Assembly: GCA_016720145.1 (NCBI GenBank)
Contig: JADJXV010000007.1
Span: 183,634-247,633 of the forward strand
Origin: Ignavibacteria bacterium
GTDB lineage: Bacteria > Bacteroidota > Ignavibacteria > Kapaibacteriales > UBA961
Reading direction: 5' to 3'
Length of the DNA: 64,000 nucleotides
Below the pieces are notes generated by a model that saw only the letters and a list, made by a program, of their open reading frames with translations, had not been told where the DNA came from and searched no databases. The position numbers and the translations under genes are program-made. Of this stretch, positions 47,114-55,882 are shown one piece after another. Within the stretch, counting starts at the first letter, position 1, and each line of letters begins with the position of its first letter.

Positions 47114-49384
47114 TTAAAATGCATGACCTAAGCCAATGTGTATTTGTAAATTTTCACTCGAGAATGGACTACGAGAAGTAATAAATTTGTTATCATGAGA
47201 AGTAGGGTCGTACAACCGAGTAGCAACATCAATCCGTATCGGCCCAACCGGAGTTTCACGACGAAATCCAGCTCCAATACCTACTGCAAGGCCACCTATC
47301 AAGTCATTCAACCGTGCTGAGGCGTACTTACCTTCCTGTAATTGATTAAATGCATTACCCCAATCGATAAAAAAAGTGATACCCATTTCTTGAATTTGAT
47401 CTGCTAATGTAGAATTAATTCCACGTGGTCTTGCAAAACGATAACGGTATTCAAGACTACCTTCTATAATGGTCGCGTTACCTAGGAGATTGTTGGAACC
47501 ATCAACTGGTATTTCGCTTGAAGTAAGATCTGCAAGACTGCGCGATGAATACGATCGTACGCTATTTGCTCCACCGGCAAAAAAATGTCGGTCAAAAGGA
47601 ATAAAGTAACTATTACTTAAGTCTATCCAAATATTACCAGTACGAAATTTTATAGCTAATACATTATTCGATCCGGTATGAAAAAAATGGTAATAAGTAA
47701 GCTGTAAACGTCTAAAGCTATACAATCTACCATAAGCAAACTCAAAAACTGACGATAAAAAATGACCCTTAGAGGGAGAGAATGGATTATTCCTTGTATC
47801 CGAGGTCAGTGTAGCAGAAAGAATTTGACCCGGATGAGCTAAATTACTACCGGCATAAGTATGTATAGGAGCGAATGGAATAAGAAATTGTGTAGCAGCT
47901 TTTTGTTGATCTTGAGTAACAGCATTGGTGAGAATGTTTATGCTAACTTCTTCGAAATTATGGAGTTGTTGCAATTCTGTAAAAAACTCGAAAAGTATAG
48001 AATTAACAAAAGTATAAGAGGGAAAATTAACTGGAAAAGATACTCGAAGTGGAAAAGAAGTTAAGCGTAATGGTATTTCTTGTATATCTAATCCACTTGA
48101 AAGGAATCGATAGGAGTAGGAAGACTGAAGTGAAAATCCAATCCTTGCGGATCCTATCTCAAATAATAAGGGCTGACTAAATTGCCCACCAACCTGCCAT
48201 TCTCGAGCAATTGAAGAAAATAGACTAAAATCTTGCCAAACATGGCGTCCATATAAACTTACAGTTTGTGCGGCTCCAAATAAATTTCTATGGAGTAATG
48301 AAATTTCTACACCAAAATTTGTAAAATTATCATAAGTAGTATGATTTATAAAAGGTGCTGCCACGATTTCTTTTTGTTTTTTATATTGCAAGTATATCTG
48401 TAGGGGAAGTATAGTATATTCACCGCTCTGAAGGATCTCAAGTGAATCAATTGACACTAAGTCGAATGTAGATAAGCTGTATAAATTAGATTGCGAACGT
48501 CCTACGGCTGCTCGATTATACCAATCACCTTCATGTATATCTAACATTTGTCGAATAAGATAATCAGAAATAGGGTTCTGTTCTCTAAAATCTGACTTTA
48601 CAAATATTTTGCCTATTTTACAACGCTTTCCTAGTAAGAAAGGTATGATGATGCTATCACTGTACGTAAGGGGAGATTTAAAAACAATGGGCTGATCGAA
48701 GTGAACGAAATAGTATCCGTTATTTTGTAAATAATTAGTCAATGCATCAATAGTATTTTTGATAGAAGGTTCATTGAAATAAGTACCTTTAGTAGAAGGA
48801 ACTAATGCAAATAAATCTTCACGAAGCTCAACCGGTAAATTATCAAACCCGGTGTAAATGATTGTATCGATTGTATATTGATTATTCTCTTTAACAGAGA
48901 AAGTGAGAACATTAGCCTTTTCTGTAGAGTCAAAATCGTAGCTGTATGAAGCAGTTGCATCATGAAACCCATATTGATTATAAACATCGATGAGAGTCAG
49001 GACATCGTTTTCTGCACCAGTTTGGTCAAAATACCGATATTCTTCTTCGTAATTTCTAACTGCAACCCCTAAAGCATCTTCAAGTGGTTTAGGAGTATAG
49101 GGGTTAATCGATATCTGGCGGTAATAAAATCTAAATATTCTGTGCGCGAAGCTCAGGTCTGATGGAAGTGAGGATACGACATCTTGCAAAGCAGAACTTG
49201 AAAAGTAGATGTTACCGTTAAACTTCACATTATTTAGTTCTCCCTCGAGAGGTAAGGTGTTTATTGGTTGGGGTGTTCCGGTAATTGGAACAGGTGATTT
49301 ACTCAATGAATCTGACGTATCAGTTTGTGCGAAACAAACAGAAATATTCAAACTAAACAATACGATAAATAGGAATAAATACAT
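47114..49384 (-). CDS. BamA/TamA (Omp85) family outer-membrane protein
   Basis: 756 aa with a signal peptide, a POTRA-like N-terminal region, a C-terminal beta-barrel and a terminal Phe (...IGLGHAF). Confidence 0.75.
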   Translation of the reverse strand: MYLFLFIVLFSLNISVCFAQTDTSDSLSKSPVPITGTPQPINTLPLEGELNNVKFNGNIYFSSSALQDVVSSLPSDLSFAHRIFRFYYRQISINPYTPKPLEDALGVAVRNYEEEYRYFDQTGAENDVLTLIDVYNQYGFHDATASYSYDFDSTEKANVLTFSVKENNQYTIDTIIYTGFDNLPVELREDLFALVPSTKGTYFNEPSIKNTIDALTNYLQNNGYYFVHFDQPIVFKSPLTYSDSIIIPFLLGKRCKIGKIFVKSDFREQNPISDYLIRQMLDIHEGDWYNRAAVGRSQSNLYSLSTFDLVSIDSLEILQSGEYTILPLQIYLQYKKQKEIVAAPFINHTTYDNFTNFGVEISLLHRNLFGAAQTVSLYGRHVWQDFSLFSSIAREWQVGGQFSQPLLFEIGSARIGFSLQSSYSYRFLSSGLDIQEIPLRLTSFPLRVSFPVNFPSYTFVNSILFEFFTELQQLHNFEEVSINILTNAVTQDQQKAATQFLIPFAPIHTYAGSNLAHPGQILSATLTSDTRNNPFSPSKGHFLSSVFEFAYGRLYSFRRLQLTYYHFFHTGSNNVLAIKFRTGNIWIDLSNSYFIPFDRHFFAGGANSVRSYSSRSLADLTSSEIPVDGSNNLLGNATIIEGSLEYRYRFARPRGINSTLADQIQEMGITFFIDWGNAFNQLQEGKYASARLNDLIGGLAVGIGAGFRRETPVGPIRIDVATRLYDPTSHDNKFITSRSPFSSENLQIHIGLGHAF

Positions 49385-49466
49385 AAAGCTATAGACAAAA
49401 AACAGCCCAAACCTCTATATGGTTCGGGCTAGCCAAATAGTAAATACCAGGAACATATCATTGTAG

Positions 49467-49706
49467 TTAATACATGTTCTCTTCTTCTTCGTCATCATTA
49501 AAATATAGGTCATCCGTAGCATTTTCATACTCAGGCCACAAATCTTCCATACCTTCATATAGCTCATCATTATCTTCTAATTCAGCCAGATTATCAATGA
49601 CTTGTTGATGAGCACCTGTACGATTCGCATAGTCGATGAGCTCTTCTTTAGTAGCAGGCCAAGGCGCATCCTCGAGCGCATACGCTAATTCTGGTGTCCA
49701 AAACAT
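49467..49706 (-). CDS. DUF2795-like small acidic protein
   Basis: LEDAPWPATKEELIDYANRTGAHQQVIDNLAEL matches the DUF2795 pattern. 79 aa. Confidence 0.55.
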   Translation of the reverse strand: MFWTPELAYALEDAPWPATKEELIDYANRTGAHQQVIDNLAELEDNDELYEGMEDLWPEYENATDDLYFNDDEEEENMY

Positions 49707-49991
49707 ATTTAACCCTCTTATATAATTAATAAAACATAAACATTTTCGGTTAGCAGCTACCTATACAAGGCGATGTGTTTTGTAGTTAGGTATGCCGGTC
49801 AAAGTGGTCGGGTGCAAGAATTTTGCGCAAAAATACACTCTTATGGAGCATTAAACAAATTGAAGAACAGATAATTAAATAATAGTAGTATTACCAGATA
49901 CCATTGGTAGTGAAACTGGGGAAAATTAAGTGATGAGATTTTGTTAAATTTGTAACAAGTAAAGCATTATATATAAAGTTAAAGATACTCA

Positions 49992-51440
49992 ATGAAAAGT
50001 GATTACGAAGCGGTTATAGGGTTAGAAGTACATGTACAACTAAAGACACAAACCAAAGCATTTTGTGGTTGTTCGACCAGTTTTGCATCTTCACCAAATA
50101 TGAATACTTGCCCAATATGTTTGGGGCATCCAGGAGCTTTACCGGTATTAAACAAAAATATTGTCGAATACGCATTATTGCTAGGTCTAGCTACCGGTTG
50201 CAGTATTCGTCCATACTCAGTATTTTCGAGAAAAAACTACTTTTATCCGGATCTTCCAAAAGGATATCAAGTATCTCAATACGAAGATCCGATATGCTTT
50301 AACGGTGAAATTGAAATAGAAAGTGAGAATACTAAAAAAAGAATTGGGATTACAAGAATCCACATGGAGGAAGATGCCGGTAAGTCTATACATGACATTG
50401 ACATAGATACACTCGTTGATCTAAACCGCAGTGGAGTACCATTGCTTGAAATTGTCAGTGAGCCGGACATTCGCAGCGGACAGGAAGCATATCAATATTT
50501 AATGCAAATTCGACAAATAGTAATGTATCTTGGAGTTTGTGATGGTAATATGGAAGAGGGCTCATTACGATGTGATGCGAACATATCAGTTCGAAAACGA
50601 GGAGCAGAAAAATTTGGAACAAGAACGGAAGTTAAAAACCTTAATAGTTTTAGAAATGTAGAAAGGGCAATTGGTTATGAAATTGAAAGACAAGTCGAAC
50701 TCATAGAATCGGGTGGTTATGTTGTACAACAATCGATGCAGTGGGATGCTTCGATACACGAAACCAAGGTAATGAGATCGAAGGAAAAAGCACATGATTA
50801 TCGATACTTCCCTGAGCCGGACTTAGTCGGTGTCAATGTGAACGAAGAATGGCTACGTAAAGTACAATTGATGCTACCTGAGCTACCCCAAGCAAGAAAA
50901 GCACGATTTATTTATGATTTTGGACTGCCGGCATACGACGCTGGTATTTTGATAGAGGAGAAGAGTTTAGGAGACTATTTTGAAAATGTCGTCTCTAAAT
51001 TAGCTGTAAAATCCAAAGATCGCTATAAATTAGTAAGTAACTGGATTATGACTGAAGTAATGCGAGTATTATCTGAACGTAAAATTGCCGCCGCAGAATT
51101 TGTCGTAGAGCCGGCATTTATTGCTGAAATTGTTGATTTGATTAGTTCAGAGACTATTAGCAATAAAACTGCAAAAGAAGTATTTGCTGAAATGCTTATC
51201 AGCAATAAAGCTCCTAAATCTATAGTTAATGAAAAGGGTTTGTCTCAAGTCTCGGACGTCATATTCATTGAATCAACAATTAATTCGATCTTAAAAGAAA
51301 ACGTTGAAAATGTAGAAAAATACAGGTCAGGTAAAAATAATCTATTTGGCTATTTTGTAAGCCAGGTATTAAAAAATACAGGTGGTAAAGCCAATCCAAA
51401 AATTGTAACGGAAGTATTGAAACGGATGCTCGAAAATTAG
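49992..51440 (+). CDS. gatB: Asp-tRNA(Asn)/Glu-tRNA(Gln) amidotransferase subunit B
   Basis: YEAVIGLEVHVQL...CPICLGHPGALP...RIHMEEDAGK are classical GatB motifs. 482 aa. Confidence 0.95.
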   Translation: MKSDYEAVIGLEVHVQLKTQTKAFCGCSTSFASSPNMNTCPICLGHPGALPVLNKNIVEYALLLGLATGCSIRPYSVFSRKNYFYPDLPKGYQVSQYEDPICFNGEIEIESENTKKRIGITRIHMEEDAGKSIHDIDIDTLVDLNRSGVPLLEIVSEPDIRSGQEAYQYLMQIRQIVMYLGVCDGNMEEGSLRCDANISVRKRGAEKFGTRTEVKNLNSFRNVERAIGYEIERQVELIESGGYVVQQSMQWDASIHETKVMRSKEKAHDYRYFPEPDLVGVNVNEEWLRKVQLMLPELPQARKARFIYDFGLPAYDAGILIEEKSLGDYFENVVSKLAVKSKDRYKLVSNWIMTEVMRVLSERKIAAAEFVVEPAFIAEIVDLISSETISNKTAKEVFAEMLISNKAPKSIVNEKGLSQVSDVIFIESTINSILKENVENVEKYRSGKNNLFGYFVSQVLKNTGGKANPKIVTEVLKRMLEN

Positions 51441-51603
51441 GCACATATAATTTTAGCTTTTCTTGTTCAAAGTTTAGTGGTATTTTGGAAGTAAATCGGT
51501 AGATATTGATATAAATATTGCAAAGAATTTTGGCAATTGGCTAACAAATATCGTCTATGCCTCAAAAAATGCAACAATATAATTATACTAGCAGGAGCAC
51601 ACA

Positions 51604-52557
51604 ATGCCATTACCAAAGACGGAGTTTATATGGATGAACGGAAAGTTTGTGAAATGGGATGATGCGAAAATACACGTACTTTCACATGTAGTTCATTACG
51701 GGTCAAGCTGGTTTGAAGGTTTACGAGCTTATTACACCAAAAAAGGAACCGCTATTTTCCGATTAACAGAGCACATTCACCGCCTCGCAATGTCAGTTAA
51801 AATATATAGGGGAGAGATGCCCTATTCTATTGAAGAAATGTGCAAAGCTACAATTGACCTCGTACGTAAAAACGAATTGCAATCCTGCTATATTCGACCT
51901 GTTGTCTATCGAGGCTATGGTGAGTTAGGTGTGTATCCTCTCACATGTCCGTTAGAAGCCGCAATTGGCACTTGGCAATGGGGCAAATACTTAGGTAAAG
52001 AAGCGTTAGATCAAGGAGTAGATGTATGTGTGTCGTCATGGAGCAGATTATCGAATAATTCAATGCCAGCATCTTCCAAAGCCGGTGGCAATTATCTAAA
52101 TTCTCAACTTGTTAGAATGGAAGCCCTTCAACATGGCTACGCAGAAGGCATCGGGCTTGATTCACAAGGAAATGTGAGTGAAGGAAGCGGCGAAAACATT
52201 TTCTTTGTACAAGATGGCACTATTTATACTCCACCATTAAGTTCTTCAATTTTACAAGGTATTACGCGTGCTACTGTAGTACAAATTGCAAAAGACTTGG
52301 GTATAAGTATAGTAGAAACAACCATTCCACGATCTATGCTCTATACTGCAGACGAAATATTTTTTAGTGGAACTGCTGTTGAGGTAACTCCGGTGCGCTC
52401 TGTTGATACAATTAAAGTAAGAGATGGGAAAGTCGGAGAAATTACACGTCAGATTCAACGTGTATTTTTTGATGTTGTAGAAAACGGTAATGATAAACAC
52501 GGTTGGCTAACATTTATTGACCCTAAAAAAACATCAAAAAAGAATAATAATAAGTAA
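51604..52557 (+). CDS. ilvE: branched-chain amino acid aminotransferase (fold type IV)
   Basis: HYGSSWFEGLRAY and GENIFFV...TPP...ILQGITR motifs. 317 aa. Confidence 0.9.
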   Translation: MPLPKTEFIWMNGKFVKWDDAKIHVLSHVVHYGSSWFEGLRAYYTKKGTAIFRLTEHIHRLAMSVKIYRGEMPYSIEEMCKATIDLVRKNELQSCYIRPVVYRGYGELGVYPLTCPLEAAIGTWQWGKYLGKEALDQGVDVCVSSWSRLSNNSMPASSKAGGNYLNSQLVRMEALQHGYAEGIGLDSQGNVSEGSGENIFFVQDGTIYTPPLSSSILQGITRATVVQIAKDLGISIVETTIPRSMLYTADEIFFSGTAVEVTPVRSVDTIKVRDGKVGEITRQIQRVFFDVVENGNDKHGWLTFIDPKKTSKKNNNK

Positions 52558-52589
52558 CCAGTTCAGAAAATAATTATTGAGTAGCAAGT

Positions 52590-54728
52590 ATGCCAGCTAA
52601 GATACATAAAAACAATATTGTCAGTACATCTAACAAGAATTCCAGTAAAAGCAAAAAACCTGGAACAGATCAAATACCGGTATCCTTTAGTACATTTGAT
52701 ACGATTGGATTTGATACTAATACTATTATAGCATGGTATAAACTAATGCACTTAGGGCGTAGGTTGGATGAAAAAGCCGCTTTGTATCTCAAAATGGCAA
52801 AGGGATGGTCTTATCATGCACCATTTGCGGGTCATGATGGAATTCAGCTTGCAATTGGTCAAATATTTCGTTCGGGGAAAGATTTTTTGTTTCCGTATTA
52901 TCGTGATTTAATGACTTGTCTATCTGCCGGTTTAACGGTCGAGGAGATAATTCTTAATGGATTAAGTAAAGACGCAGATGTAGCTGGTGGGGGGCGTCAC
53001 ATGAGCAATCACTTTGCCAAGCCTTCAATTAGAATTCAGAACGGGTCTTCGTGTACAGGAAATCATTGTCAGCATGCTGCAGGTACTGCACGTGCAATTA
53101 AGAAGTACAAAGGCGATGAAATAGCTATTTACTCTGGAGGAGAATCAGCATGCTCGGAAGGGTATTTCTATGAAGCTGTTAATGGAGCATCACGAGAAAA
53201 GCTACCTGTAATTTTTGTAATTCAGAATAATAAATACGGAATATCTGTTCCGGTAGAGGAGCAAACTGCGAACACGAGAGTTTCCGATAATTTTATAGGG
53301 TTTGCTAATTTTAAAATCATCAATTGTGACGGTCGCGATCCGTTTGACTCATATCGTGCTTTAGCAGAAGCTAGAGAATATGTATTATCCGGAGCTGGAG
53401 CTGCGATGGTCCACGCAGATTGTGACCGTATCGGATCTCACTCCAATTCGGATAATCAAGAGTTATATCGGACAAAGGAAGTAATTGATGAAATGAAAAG
53501 TAGAGACCCTTTGGTAAGATTTAGAGACCTACTACTCAAGAATAAACTAATTAATGAACAAGATATTAAAGCGCTTGAAGAAGAAAATCAAAGTATTATT
53601 TTTGCTGCAGCTGATAAAGTAGAGCCAGCACCTGAACCTCTGCCCGAATCGTATAAATTGTATCTTTTACCCGAAGCAATCATTGGGTATGAGGATATAT
53701 CTGAGACTCGATATGTTCAAGATCCAACTGCTCCTCAGTTGACTTTACGTGAAGGAATTAATCTAGCGATGATACAGGAATTTAAACGTAATCCAAACAC
53801 ATTTTTGTGGGGGCAAGATGTAGCATCTGTTAAAAAACAAGGAATTTTCAACGTTCCAAAAGGCATGCTTGATGAATTTGGAAATGATAGAATTTTCAAC
53901 GGCCCTATAGCAGAAGATTATATAGTTGGAACAGCAAATGGATTTTCAAGATATCGTGATGATATTAGGGTTGTAATAGAAGGTGCAGAGTTTGCGGATT
54001 ATTTTTGGCCTGCTATGGAACAATTAATAGAATGCTCGCATGATTTCTGGAGAACTAAGGGGCAATTTTCTCCAAATATCGTTATTAGATTAGCTAGTGG
54101 TGGTTATATTCAAGGTGGTTTATATCATTCACAAAATTTAGATGCAATATTTTCCCATCTTCCTGGAATACGAGTAGTATGCCCTTCTTTTGCTGATGAT
54201 GCAATAGGATTGATGAGAAATGCAATCAGATCACGTGGGGTGACTTTGTACCTTGAGCCAAAATTTCTATATAATTATCGTCCAACCTCAGCATCTGAGC
54301 CGGGTGAAGATTTTATCATTCCCTTTGGTAAGGCAAAAATTAGAAGAGAAGGAACTGATGTGACAATAATCAGCTATGGTAATGCTGTACATCTTTCGTT
54401 GCAGGCAGCATTAGTCTTATCCAATGAAGGAATTTCTTGTGAAGTGATTGATTTGCGCTCACTTGCACCATGGGACTCGAAAACGGTTTTTGATTCTGTT
54501 AAAAAAACAGGTAAAGCTATCGTAGCACATGAGCATTATCGTACGGGAGGGCTAGGTGGTGAAATTGCCTCTACAATAAGCGATGAGTTGTTTAAATATC
54601 TTGATGCACCAGTTTGTAGAATATGTTCAAAAGATACACCAGTAGGTTTTGCAAAGTCACTTGAAAGTGCAATATTACTTAATCAAAACGACATAATTTT
54701 AGAAGTTCAAAAGCTCGTTAAATATTAA
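52590..54728 (+). CDS. 2-oxoacid (branched-chain/pyruvate type) dehydrogenase E1, fused alpha-beta subunits
   Basis: 712 aa. The N-terminal half has the TPP motif GGESACSEG...NNKYGIS. The C-terminal half is E1-beta-like (FNGPIAEDYIVGTANG). Confidence 0.85.
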   Translation: MPAKIHKNNIVSTSNKNSSKSKKPGTDQIPVSFSTFDTIGFDTNTIIAWYKLMHLGRRLDEKAALYLKMAKGWSYHAPFAGHDGIQLAIGQIFRSGKDFLFPYYRDLMTCLSAGLTVEEIILNGLSKDADVAGGGRHMSNHFAKPSIRIQNGSSCTGNHCQHAAGTARAIKKYKGDEIAIYSGGESACSEGYFYEAVNGASREKLPVIFVIQNNKYGISVPVEEQTANTRVSDNFIGFANFKIINCDGRDPFDSYRALAEAREYVLSGAGAAMVHADCDRIGSHSNSDNQELYRTKEVIDEMKSRDPLVRFRDLLLKNKLINEQDIKALEEENQSIIFAAADKVEPAPEPLPESYKLYLLPEAIIGYEDISETRYVQDPTAPQLTLREGINLAMIQEFKRNPNTFLWGQDVASVKKQGIFNVPKGMLDEFGNDRIFNGPIAEDYIVGTANGFSRYRDDIRVVIEGAEFADYFWPAMEQLIECSHDFWRTKGQFSPNIVIRLASGGYIQGGLYHSQNLDAIFSHLPGIRVVCPSFADDAIGLMRNAIRSRGVTLYLEPKFLYNYRPTSASEPGEDFIIPFGKAKIRREGTDVTIISYGNAVHLSLQAALVLSNEGISCEVIDLRSLAPWDSKTVFDSVKKTGKAIVAHEHYRTGGLGGEIASTISDELFKYLDAPVCRICSKDTPVGFAKSLESAILLNQNDIILEVQKLVKY

Positions 54729-54917
54729 AATAGATCATCTAAACGGTGTGGAGAATCAGAGTGTGGAAATAATCTGACAGTGTGCAAAACGTGGCACGAC
54801 AAAATATTAGATGGCTCTAAATATTTCTCACTGAGAGATCAAAGAAAAAAGTTTTCATTGGTAATTCGGTGTAGGAATACTATATTTGCGTGAATATGCG
54901 GAATGTGCCGGGTGATT

Positions 54918-54991
54918 ACGCCTACAGCTCAACCGGATTGAGCATTGGATTACGGTTCCAAGGGTTGGGGGTTCAACCCCTTGCTGGGGTA
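54918..54991 (+). tRNA. tRNA-Arg(ACG)-like sequence with defective acceptor and T stems (possible pseudo-tRNA)
   Basis: D arm GCTC-AACCGGATT-GAGC, anticodon arm TTGGA-TTACGGT-TCCAA (ACG at 54952-54954), TTCAACC T-loop and a 3' A-CC, all at canonical spacing. Only 4 of 7 acceptor pairs form and the T stem is weak. Confidence 0.35.
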
Positions 54992-55057
54992 CCGCTAATC
55001 TATTGCGACAGTAATAAGTTAATTAAATTGGATTATTTAATACCAAGAGAAAATATA

Positions 55058-55783
55058 ATGTCTAAACCTGAAGATATGTTGACTGTCAAAGATGAAGATT
55101 CTGGGATGTTACTAAGACCAGATATTGATTTGGCGAACAAAAAATCAAACGATTTTAAAAATATATTTAAAATTGGAATTGGTGTAACTGTAATAATAAT
55201 AATTTTAGTTGTAGCAGTAGTCTTTTATAATAAAGCAAATTATGAAAATGAGCAGAACGCATCTGCTGCACTTTCGAGAATTCGCGTGATTTTTGAATCT
55301 GGGGATTACACTAAAGCGTTAAATGGGGATGCAACTAAACTTATTAGAGATACACCGGTGCTAGGTTTAAAGGAAATTGTTAATCAGTACGGAAATGCAG
55401 AAAACGGCAGAGTTGCTGCATTATATGCAGGTAATGCACTGGTTTCAATAAAAAAACATAGTGAGGCTTTAGAATATTTTGATAAGTCACTTAATAGTTC
55501 ATCGAAAGAAGTTGTAATAAGCGCCTTGATAGGATTGGCAGTTTGTAAAGAAAATCAAAACGATTATAAAGGTTCTGCTGAGTATTATGAAAGAGCGTCT
55601 CAGCAATCAACACAGCCAACGACTAAAGATAAACTAAGGTTATACGCTGCAATGAGTTTTGAAAAAGCTGGAATTAAAGAAAAAGCAGAAGTATTATTCC
55701 GTGACATCTTAAGTGGTGAATCCTCTGAATTTATCTCAGAATCCAAGAGCGGACTAACTAGACTTGGCATGATTGTTGAGTAA
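55058..55783 (+). CDS. membrane-anchored TPR-like protein (YfgM/TPR_21-like architecture)
   Basis: The ATG at 55058 (MSKPEDML...), one TM helix (IGIGVTVIIIILVVAVVF), then a helical-repeat domain. The ORF-track extension to 54890 overlaps the tRNA-like sequence. Confidence 0.55.
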   Translation: MSKPEDMLTVKDEDSGMLLRPDIDLANKKSNDFKNIFKIGIGVTVIIIILVVAVVFYNKANYENEQNASAALSRIRVIFESGDYTKALNGDATKLIRDTPVLGLKEIVNQYGNAENGRVAALYAGNALVSIKKHSEALEYFDKSLNSSSKEVVISALIGLAVCKENQNDYKGSAEYYERASQQSTQPTTKDKLRLYAAMSFEKAGIKEKAEVLFRDILSGESSEFISESKSGLTRLGMIVE

Positions 55784-55882
55784 TGATCTCCGTTTAGTCC
55801 TTATTAATAGATTAAAAGTAAATATAAAAAGTTAAATATAAAGTTAAATTATTACAATTTTATTCATCCAAACGGAGGTATT

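Noticed and set aside
54890-55057. N-terminal 56 codons of the 297-aa ORF (GTG start at 54890)
   Set aside because: This stretch runs through the tRNA-like sequence and reads as non-protein-like text. The ATG at 55058, followed by a TM helix, is the credible start.
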